Assembly: GCA_964354805.1 (NCBI GenBank)
Contig: CAYHBD010000030.1
Location: forward strand, 6,800-70,799
Direction of reading: 5' to 3'
DNA length: 64,000 bases
Source: an uncultured archaeon
GTDB lineage: Archaea > Iainarchaeota > Iainarchaeia > Iainarchaeales > GCA-2688035
The notes beneath the pieces are model-generated. The model was given only the letters and a program-made list of their open reading frames with translations, did no database searches and had not been told where the DNA came from. The position numbers and the translations under genes are program-made. Each line of letters starts with the position of its first letter. Positions within the stretch are counted from its first letter, which is position 1. This document shows positions 50,956 through 58,189 of the stretch, piece by piece.

Positions 50956-51180
50956 TCAACACCTTCTCTTTTTTTAAAAATCAACTGCTTTTTTTTCAAT
51001 TCTCACTTATTTTTTCCATCTCTTCTCTTTTTCCTCAATTCAATCCAGCTAATTGCCCACTTCAATTTATTTTATTATTTTTTATTCCTCTTTTTTTCTT
51101 AATTCAATTCCAACCAATTGCTTTTTTCATTTGATTTGCTTTTTTCTTTTCCCTCAAATCAATTCCATTTTTATTGACAT
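50956..51180. other. Unusually long (225 nt) pyrimidine-rich spacer inside the exosome operon, with internal direct repeats
   Basis: CTCAATTCAATCCAGCTAATTGC (51034-51056) and CTTAATTCAATTCCAACCAATTGC (51098-51121), plus partial copies near 51153 and 51006. Confidence 0.5.
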
Positions 51181-51864
51181 TTATTGCTTCTGTTCGCTTT
51201 GGGGCTTTTGTTCGATTTTGGCTCCTTTTTTCTCTTTCAGGAAAGCAGCAACCTTGTTGGTGAGATTGCTTAGGTGGGATTCCCTTTCAATCAGTTCAAC
51301 TGCTTCAATGAACAATGGCACATTGCCACCCTTTACCCAAACCCAACCGTTTCTCCCTACAATTGGGTTGCTTTCACTTCCATCCTTGAGCACGTTCAGC
51401 ATTGAACCGTTCTTTCCAATAATGCGAGGCACTTTCGCAGGGCTGACTTCAATGACCTCGCCACCGTAGAAAACCCTTATGTCCTCCAATCCGGCCTCGT
51501 TTATTTCATTCACATCCCTGATGATTGCGCTGATTACGCCGCCCCTCTTTAATTCATACCTTACATCGTCCTTTGAAACAAAGCTGCGGTAAATGCTGTT
51601 TATGTCAACAATGTAGCTGTTGAATGTTTCCCCTGAAATTATTCCGACAATCAAATCATCCCTCACAGGGAGATACCTTCCGTGCAATGGCACAACATAA
51701 GCAGCGCCTGAATCAGGGTAGGTTATTCCCAAAGCGTCGGAATAAACCTTTCCGTTCTCAACAAAAACATGCTGCCCAATGCTTTTCCTTTCCTCAGTAA
51801 CCAAATCGCCGGGAATAACTATTTTCTTCTGCTTCTTTTCAACTTCAACTGCTTCCTCTTCCAT
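51181..51864 (-). CDS. rrp4: Exosome RNA-binding subunit Rrp4 (S1 + KH)
   Basis: IVIPGDLV N-terminus, then an S1-like core and the KH motif VPRIIGKNGSMLNVL. Confidence 0.85.
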   Translation of the reverse strand: MEEEAVEVEKKQKKIVIPGDLVTEERKSIGQHVFVENGKVYSDALGITYPDSGAAYVVPLHGRYLPVRDDLIVGIISGETFNSYIVDINSIYRSFVSKDDVRYELKRGGVISAIIRDVNEINEAGLEDIRVFYGGEVIEVSPAKVPRIIGKNGSMLNVLKDGSESNPIVGRNGWVWVKGGNVPLFIEAVELIERESHLSNLTNKVAAFLKEKKGAKIEQKPQSEQKQ

Positions 51865-51933
51865 TCTTTACCACACGTCCTTCAGTTTTTCCGTTTTTTT
51901 TTATTTCTCCTTCCTACTATCTTTGCCCCTGCT

Positions 51934-52638
51934 TTACCTTTCGCCTTCCTGCACGATTTTTGTTTCGCATGCCCCGTGGCATACTGCGTTCAATTCATTC
52001 AGAAAATCCTGTTTCATTCCGCCTGGCAATTCAACAACCGCAACCAGGCTGCCGTCGTTCTGCCATTGCTCTTTTACCACCTTGAACCTGTGCACTGTTG
52101 CAGCGCCCCTGCCGCTGTGTTCTGCGCCGATTTTCACTGCAATCTGCAAATGCTGCATTGAAATCGGCAGAATCCTCTTGAGCTCCTTTAAAATCTCCGG
52201 CAGCTGCTCTTCAACCGATTTGTTTTCATCAACCCTGATTTTCGCTTCAATCAATGCATTTTCAATCCTTTTGGGCGGATGCGGTGCTGCTGTCTGGGGA
52301 TTGATCGCGTTCCTTGCAATGAATTCAACCACTTCCCTTTCCCTTGCTTCCTTCATTGCTTTCCTTTGCTCTGTTGTTAAATGCAGTATGCCCTGCAAAA
52401 TTATTTTTTTTGCGATTACCGCAACATCTGTTGAACCAAAGACCTTGTTCAATGCAGCTGGGCTTTGCGCTTCGCCCTTGCTCGCGTCCTTGAATACTGT
52501 GTCCACTGCAAGCAAATCGCTTAAGCCCACTTGTTTCCCTTTTTTTAACTGCATTGCAAGGTCTGGGTCAACCAATATTTCAAATTTTTCTCCGAATGAT
52601 TCCAGCCTTGCAGTAACAGCATTCTCCAAGTTAACCAT
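51934..52638 (-). CDS. sdo1: SBDS-family ribosome maturation protein
   Basis: Conserved N-terminus ARLESFGEKFEILVDPD and its superoperon position. Confidence 0.85.
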   Translation of the reverse strand: MVNLENAVTARLESFGEKFEILVDPDLAMQLKKGKQVGLSDLLAVDTVFKDASKGEAQSPAALNKVFGSTDVAVIAKKIILQGILHLTTEQRKAMKEAREREVVEFIARNAINPQTAAPHPPKRIENALIEAKIRVDENKSVEEQLPEILKELKRILPISMQHLQIAVKIGAEHSGRGAATVHRFKVVKEQWQNDGSLVAVVELPGGMKQDFLNELNAVCHGACETKIVQEGER

Positions 52639-52689
52639 GCTACCTCAAAAACTCCTTTTGATAAAAAAAATGTTTTTACGTTTTTTTTC

Positions 52690-52830
52690 TTTGAAAAAAT
52701 CAATGCTTGCAAAGCAATTGCCCTTTCCCCCATAATGCCAAGCTAAAGAATTATTTGTTTTTGTTCCATTGCTTGGCATTATGCCAAGGCTTTTTTCCCG
52801 CAGGAAAAAAGGCTTATCCAAAGAAAATTG
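52690..52830. repeat. Composite palindromic element in the psmA-SBDS spacer, including a hairpin-repeat family core
   Basis: Hairpin at about 52701-52720. A perfect 13-bp stem CATAATGCCAAGC (52731-52743) / GCTTGGCATTATG (52771-52783). Family core CCAAGGCTTTTTTCCCGCAGGAAAAAAGGCTT (52784-52815). Confidence 0.7.
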
Positions 52831-52855
52831 CATTAAATCCATTCAAAAAATTTCT

Positions 52856-53581
52856 TTACTTTTTCCCTAAAATAGACTTGAGCTTTTGCTTTGGCACTTT
52901 TTCAAACTTTTTCCCTTCCTCAATCAAAGCAAAATCAATTCTATTAACATCAAGTTTCTCCTTTTCATCCAGGCCTTTCTGCAGAGCCCTCGAAATCAAC
53001 TCAATCCCTTCCTCCAAAGGCATGTTCTCCTTATAGTCTTTCTCAAAGAATTTCATTGCTTCCTTCTTCTCTCTTCCGATCGCGATCGCGGTGTATTCAG
53101 CCAATGCACCGCTTGGCTCTGTCTCAAACAGCCTCTTTCCAGAATCATCAACTCCGCCAATGATAAAAGAAACGCCGAACGGTCTCATGCCAGCGTACTG
53201 CGTAAACAGCTGCTTAACAGCGCACAGTCTTTTCACCAATGTCTCCACTTCAATCTTCTCCTCGTAATACATTTTGTTCTCCTGCGCTTCTTTCCTCGCA
53301 ATCTGCACCAGTCTCCTGGCATCCCCAACCAAGCCGCTGCTTATTGCGCCAATGTGGTCATCAACCTTGAATACTTTTTCAATGCTGTCAGCCAAAATCA
53401 GCCTTGAAACAATCTTCTTGTCAGCGCCAAACAAAATGCCCTTATCATAAACAATTGCCGCGCCCATTGTTCCCTGCTCAACAATCTTGCTCGCGTACTC
53501 AACCTGGTAAAGCCTTCCATCAGGGCTGAACATGGTTGAAACCCTGTCGTAAGCGCTGCTCCTCCTGTTCATTGGATACAT
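52856..53581 (-). CDS. psmA: Proteasome alpha subunit
   Basis: YDRVSTMFSPDGRLYQVEYA N-terminal signature. Confidence 0.9.
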   Translation of the reverse strand: MYPMNRRSSAYDRVSTMFSPDGRLYQVEYASKIVEQGTMGAAIVYDKGILFGADKKIVSRLILADSIEKVFKVDDHIGAISSGLVGDARRLVQIARKEAQENKMYYEEKIEVETLVKRLCAVKQLFTQYAGMRPFGVSFIIGGVDDSGKRLFETEPSGALAEYTAIAIGREKKEAMKFFEKDYKENMPLEEGIELISRALQKGLDEKEKLDVNRIDFALIEEGKKFEKVPKQKLKSILGKK

Positions 53582-53645
53582 TCAAAACCAGCCCCTCAAA
53601 CAAAATTCTCTCTTTCCCCTACTTTTATATTTTGAAGAACGTAAG

Positions 53646-53975
53646 CTATAAAAAGCTTCTTAAACCCCTCAAAGTCCCGCTTGTTTTCACTGTTTTCGGC
53701 TCGAATTGCTTTGCCATGGCTTCAATTCCCTTCCTGGCTTCCCGCTCTGCACCAAGAATGCACCTTATAATCCCTTTTCCTGTTTCAGGCTCAAATCCAA
53801 TAAACCACAAGCCAAGCCTTTTCCTTTGCTCCAAAGAGAACTGCCCCATGACCAAATCAAAAGCCTGCCTCGCGCTGCTGCAGCTGCCAGGCTTTAGCCG
53901 GAAAAGAATGTATCTGCGCTTTGGCCTCTTGCTTTTTTTGGGAAGCTTTCGCACAGGCTGCTTTTTTTCGGTCAT
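53646..53975 (-). CDS. rnp2: RNase P protein component 2 (Pop5/Rpp14)
   Basis: KRRYILFRL start of the fold and the C-terminal TSGTLRGL, upstream of psmA as in other archaea. Confidence 0.7.
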   Translation of the reverse strand: MTEKKQPVRKLPKKSKRPKRRYILFRLKPGSCSSARQAFDLVMGQFSLEQRKRLGLWFIGFEPETGKGIIRCILGAEREARKGIEAMAKQFEPKTVKTSGTLRGLRSFL

Positions 53976-54517
53976 TTCAATTCACTCAAAGAACTGTCTG
54001 TGCAGAGCTTGTTAAATATTTCTTTTTCAAGCTCTTGGGCAAGAGTTCCGCATGAAGCAATCTTCTCGCGCTTTTCCTTTGTTTTTCCATAGCTTGCAAC
54101 CAGATATTTGAGCCTGTCTTCCAGTGAAACAATCTGGTTGTGATTAACCCGCTTGTCCGCATAGTAAACAATTTTTTCCTCCCAATTGGCGAAAGGTTTT
54201 TTCCTAAGGATGTAATATAAGTGGTGCTTTTCAGTAATTGCCCCGATTTTTGGAAAGCCCTCTTTTTCAAGAATCGCCCTGCTCATTTTGCCGTGCAGGT
54301 GCCTAAATCCCTGTTCTAGGGTTTTGGTTTTGTCAAGGTCATGCAGCAGCGCAGCCCTGTCAACAAGCTCCACATCAACTTTTTCTCCAGCCTGCTTCAT
54401 TTTGCGTGCAAGAAATACTGCAACCCTTTCAACCTGCAAGCTGTGCCTTACAATATTTTCCGGCACTTTGTGTTTGTGCAGCAATTGCAGGCATTGCTCC
54501 CTTGAAGGAAGAGTCAT
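53972..54517 (-). CDS. HD-domain phosphohydrolase
   Basis: H...HD motif context ALLHDLDK and the later HH pair. Confidence 0.7.
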   Translation of the reverse strand: MTLPSREQCLQLLHKHKVPENIVRHSLQVERVAVFLARKMKQAGEKVDVELVDRAALLHDLDKTKTLEQGFRHLHGKMSRAILEKEGFPKIGAITEKHHLYYILRKKPFANWEEKIVYYADKRVNHNQIVSLEDRLKYLVASYGKTKEKREKIASCGTLAQELEKEIFNKLCTDSSLSELK

Positions 54518-55522
54518 TCAAACATCCGCCAATTTGTATTCCCTTTTCCCGTAGCCATGCTGTTCAAGCCATTCAATCTGCTGCGTAGGGCTCCTGAAAC
54601 CACACCAATCAAAAAAGTCTTTTCCAAATTTTTTATTGACCAAGTCAATTGATGCTGCGTCAATTGCAAGAATGTTGTCGCTCACAAGAATGCCGATGTC
54701 AGGCATTTCCGCAAGCGTTGCATCGCCGTGGCAGTCGCACATTGCTCCAATGCTCATTAAAGCGTTCACATAAAGCAAATCTTTTTTCTCAAAGCACTCG
54801 AGAACAGGAAGCGTACAGCTTGCCAATGCAATGTCAGGCATTAATTCTTTTGGGCTCATTGCTCCCTGCTTGCATGCTTTGAAGCACTTTGCACAGCCCC
54901 AGCATTTTTCATAATTAATCACTGCTTTTTTGTTTTTTAGCGCAATTGCGTTCACTGGGCAGACTTTGATGCACGTGCCGCATCCAATGCATTTTTTTAA
55001 GTCAACAACCATGTTTGCCTTGTCATGGCATGCTTTTTTTGTTTTGGTGTCAACGCAGCCCATTCCAAGGTTCTTTATTGCCCCGCCCAAGGCTGTGAAT
55101 GCATGCCCTTTGCAGTGGGTTAAAACAACCATTGCATCCGCTTCCGCAATCTCTTTGCTTACGCCCACAGGAAAGAGCTTTCCCTGCTTTTGCACTGAAT
55201 TGTTTGAGATAACAATTGGGCAGCCCATTGTTTCAGCAGTAAAGCCATTTCTCCTCGCGGTATCGTAATAATCCTCAACAGTGTGGCGTTTCACTTTGTA
55301 TTTTGTTGTTGAATCGTAAAGGAACGGCTTTGCGCCTGCTTCTTTCAAAACGTCAACAATTTTTCCTGCAATCGGGGGTCTGATGTAATTCAGGTTTCCA
55401 CGTTCGCCCATGTGCAGCTTTACTGCAACGCTTTTTCCCCTCCAGTTGCCTAAGGGAAATTTGCGCAGTGCTGTTGCCATTTTTTCCAGGAAATGGTCTT
55501 TTACGAAATACACATTGCTCAT
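54518..55522 (-). CDS. DUF362-domain protein with a 2x[4Fe-4S] ferredoxin insert
   Basis: CIGCGTCIKVCP and CWGCAKCFKAC motifs within a DUF362-like frame. Confidence 0.65.
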   Translation of the reverse strand: MSNVYFVKDHFLEKMATALRKFPLGNWRGKSVAVKLHMGERGNLNYIRPPIAGKIVDVLKEAGAKPFLYDSTTKYKVKRHTVEDYYDTARRNGFTAETMGCPIVISNNSVQKQGKLFPVGVSKEIAEADAMVVLTHCKGHAFTALGGAIKNLGMGCVDTKTKKACHDKANMVVDLKKCIGCGTCIKVCPVNAIALKNKKAVINYEKCWGCAKCFKACKQGAMSPKELMPDIALASCTLPVLECFEKKDLLYVNALMSIGAMCDCHGDATLAEMPDIGILVSDNILAIDAASIDLVNKKFGKDFFDWCGFRSPTQQIEWLEQHGYGKREYKLADV

Positions 55523-55623
55523 TCTTGCTCAAGAAAAAAATAGTTAAAAAGGATTAAAAAACAACCTAAAAAATTCAGAAAAAAAATAATTTGCCTTGTC
55601 TGCATATTGTTGGAATACTGCGT

Positions 55624-56196
55624 TTACCTTACTTTCTCCGCGCCCTTTCCTTTCCTTCTCAATCCCCTCGATTTTTTGCCCCTTGAGGTAAGGCCCCTTA
55701 ATGCCCTTCCCTTGTGCTTTCTGCTGCAAATCCAGTTTATTTCCCTGTCTGATTTTATTTCAGGCGCGTTGACGTCAACCAGAATTATTTCGTAGTAGTG
55801 GTTTACGCCATCGTCGCCGATGTAATAAGAATTCAGAACCTCGCAGTTTGGATACCTTCTTGTGCACCTCTGCTCTGCGATTGCCTGAATGTTGATGTTC
55901 CTTGTAAGCTTGCTTACCCCCATTCGCTTGGGCCTTCTTCCGCTTGTCGGCCGAGTATGCATGCCGCTGCCTTTTCTTATTCTTACTCTTGTGACAACAA
56001 AACCCTTTTTTGCCTTGTAGCCAAGGGTATGGGCCCTTGCAATGTTCGTCGGCTTTTCCAATCGAACAATGGCTTTTTTCTCTTTCCTGAATCCAATCAG
56101 CCTTTCCCTCTGGATTTTTTTGTAGTCGTATGACTCGTCTTTTTTGCCAGCGAACTCGCGCTGGAATGTCTGCTGAATGAATTTTGCTGCGCCCAT
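55624..56196 (-). CDS. rpl15e: Ribosomal protein L15e
   Basis: ARAHTLGYKAKKGFVVTRVRIRKGSGMHTRP and the basic C-terminus. Start set at MGAAKF. Confidence 0.9.
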   Translation of the reverse strand: MGAAKFIQQTFQREFAGKKDESYDYKKIQRERLIGFRKEKKAIVRLEKPTNIARAHTLGYKAKKGFVVTRVRIRKGSGMHTRPTSGRRPKRMGVSKLTRNINIQAIAEQRCTRRYPNCEVLNSYYIGDDGVNHYYEIILVDVNAPEIKSDREINWICSRKHKGRALRGLTSRGKKSRGLRRKGKGAEKVR

Positions 56197-56302
56197 TTCA
56201 ATCACTTAAAAAATCATTGAAAAAAGAAGCATTTAATGGCTTGATTTTTAATAAAAATTAATTAATTGCAAGCCTTTTTAAAGGTTAGTAATACAAATCA
56301 AT

Positions 56303-56725
56303 TTGATTATGAAAACAGGATTCAAAAGCAAGGCAGCAAACGAGCACATTAGGGTTGAGGAAAACCAGTGGGCGGAAATTCTTGCAAAAGGGAACGCTTT
56401 TGCAGGCATGCTTTTGCTGCAGGACCAGAAGCTGTGCGCTGTATGCCATGAAATTGAGAGGGCGCTTAATGCAGGCAAAGTCAGCGCTGAACAAGTAGAA
56501 TTTTTTGCTGCAGGGCTTGGAGGCAGAATTGATGCTGTATTGAAAATGCTGGATGAGGCTGAAGAGGGTTTTAAGGCAAAAGCCGAATTCGTTAAATTGA
56601 AGGAAAAGCTTGAAAAACCGGAAAACGGCAAGGCAGGGCTTGATTCCTTGAAAAAACTGGCCGGGCAAATTCATTTGGCGAGCCATTTGCTCTGCGATGA
56701 ACTGCATGAAAAAATAGTGAAATAA
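56303..56725 (+). CDS. Hypothetical helical protein
   Basis: 140-aa ORF. No motif recognised. Confidence 0.4.
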   Translation: MIMKTGFKSKAANEHIRVEENQWAEILAKGNAFAGMLLLQDQKLCAVCHEIERALNAGKVSAEQVEFFAAGLGGRIDAVLKMLDEAEEGFKAKAEFVKLKEKLEKPENGKAGLDSLKKLAGQIHLASHLLCDELHEKIVK

Positions 56726-56821
56726 AGGCAGCAGGATTCTAATCTAATCAATTGCCTTGTTTGTTTTTTTCACTGCACTCTGAGTTAATTAATTCCATTA
56801 TTTCCTTTTTTTGCTTTTTCT

Positions 56822-56935
56822 AGATCGCTTTATACGAGTTATAGTTCTCTTAGACCGCGGGAATCCGCCTGCTACTATAAGTCCACCACAAGGTGGTCGC
56901 GAGCCCCTGCCATGGCATACGCCTCTGGCCATAAA
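56822..56935. ncRNA. GC-rich structured island, candidate small RNA of unknown class
   Basis: Nested helices: GATCGC/GCGAGC, TTATAGT/ACTATAA (7 bp), GCGG-GAAT-CCGC and CCACC-ACAA-GGTGG. It lies in an otherwise AT-rich 290-nt intergenic region. The strand is not determined. Confidence 0.2.
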
Positions 56936-57013
56936 ATCACCTACAAAATATCAGCAGAAGTGATATATAAATAGCAATGATTGATTTGCGTTAAAAATAT
57001 GTTTTAAATCAAA

Positions 57014-57979
57014 TTGCTGGAAAAGAATCTTGCCATGCAGCAGAAATGCGTTGAATGCGGAAAAAAGGCAGTCATCTCTTTGCCCTATGGTCCGCATCGT
57101 TTCTGCAAACAGCATTTTCTGCACTTTTTTGAGAAGAGGGTTAGGCGCACAATCAGGGAGAACAGGCTGGTGCAGGGCAGAGAGAAGCTGGTTGTTGCAT
57201 GCAGCGGTGGCAAGGACAGCTCGACAGCACTTTTTTTGGTTAACAAGATTTTTTCAAAAAGCAATCCTGTGGAAGCGCTTTTGATTGACGAGGGAATAGC
57301 AGGCTACAGGGACAAGGCGCTTGCAACAGCTGAAAGGAACTGCAATGAATGGAATGTGCAGTTCAAAAGGGTTTCGTTCAAGGAAGAATTCGGCTTCACA
57401 ATGATGGACGTAATGCGCAAAACAGGCGCGGAAAAGCTGATTGGCAGCAGCTGCTCTTTCTGCGGAGTGCTGAGGAGGCGCTTGATGAACAAATACGCGA
57501 AGGAAATGCACGCTGGAAAGCTTGTTACAGGCCATAACTTGAATGACGAAGTGCAGAGCATTCTGATGAATGTTTTTGACGCTGATTTGGCCAGGTATGC
57601 AAGGCTCGGGCCAATGATCGGCGCACTGAAACTCCGCGGTTTTGTGCCGAGGATAAAACCATTGTATTTGTGCCCTGAAAAGGAGGTTATTTCTTTTGCC
57701 CAAATGCAGGGAATTGGGTACTGCGGGGTAAAATGCTGCCCTTTCCACTGGCAGGCGAAGAGAAACGATTTCAGGGCAATGGTGAATCGCTTTGAAGAAA
57801 AATACCCTGGAACAATGTTTTCAATAATGCGCTTCTTTGAGCAGACAAAGCCGCTGGTTGCAAAAGGATTGGGAAAAGCAAGGGAATTGAAATTGAATGC
57901 ATGCATTAAGTGCAGTGAACCAACCAGCGGAAAAATTTGCAGGGCATGCCAGCAGATTGACAAAATAATTAAAAATTAG
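57014..57979 (+). CDS. tRNA 2-thiolation PP-loop ATPase (TtuA/NcsA family)
   Basis: PP-loop ACSGGKDSS with N-terminal and C-terminal CxxC zinc-finger pairs (CVECG...CKQH; CIKCS...CRAC). Confidence 0.8.
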   Translation: MLEKNLAMQQKCVECGKKAVISLPYGPHRFCKQHFLHFFEKRVRRTIRENRLVQGREKLVVACSGGKDSSTALFLVNKIFSKSNPVEALLIDEGIAGYRDKALATAERNCNEWNVQFKRVSFKEEFGFTMMDVMRKTGAEKLIGSSCSFCGVLRRRLMNKYAKEMHAGKLVTGHNLNDEVQSILMNVFDADLARYARLGPMIGALKLRGFVPRIKPLYLCPEKEVISFAQMQGIGYCGVKCCPFHWQAKRNDFRAMVNRFEEKYPGTMFSIMRFFEQTKPLVAKGLGKARELKLNACIKCSEPTSGKICRACQQIDKIIKN

Positions 57980-57985
57980 GAAATT

Positions 57986-58106
57986 TGGGCCCGACCGGGA
58001 TCGAACCGGCGACCTCCACCATGTTGAAGACCTTTTTCCCAAGGCTTTTTTCCGCAGGAAAAAAGGCTTTGTCGAGGTGGCGTCATAACCGCTAGACCAC
58101 GAGCCC
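57986..58106 (-). tRNA. Intron-containing tRNA, probably tRNA-Val (GAC). The anticodon loop assignment is uncertain.
   Basis: Acceptor GGGCTCG/CGGGCCC, anticodon stem CCACC/GGTGG, variable loop AGGTC, T arm GCCGG-TTCGATC-CCGGT. The loop 5' part is TCGACA, followed by a 48-nt insert. The best model gives loop TCGACAT, with C at position 33. Confidence 0.65.
58022..58069 (-). other. Intron of the tRNA-Val-like gene, made of a hairpin-repeat family core
   Basis: The plus strand reads CCTTTTTCCCAAGGCTTTTTTCCGCAGGAAAAAAGGCTTT. The core is near-identical to 9917-9948 and 52784-52815. Confidence 0.7.
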
Positions 58107-58189
58107 TTAAAATTTAAAAGTGGGGCATCATATTTTTTAAGGTATCTGAATTGGATGTTTCCTTCGGCAAAAAAAAGAATTCCGCCAGA

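Noticed and set aside
51779-52735. A 318-aa plus-strand ORF overlapping rrp4 and the SBDS gene.
   Set aside because: It is a shadow ORF opposite two motif-supported genes.
56822-56935. Whether the GC-rich island is a tRNA, a split-tRNA half, 5S rRNA, RNase P RNA or a C/D box sRNA.
   Set aside because: It has no 7-nt T-loop or acceptor pairing, no 5S loop motifs, no GGAAAGUCC-type conserved region, and no RUGAUGA/CUGA box pair. It is kept only as an unclassified low-confidence candidate.
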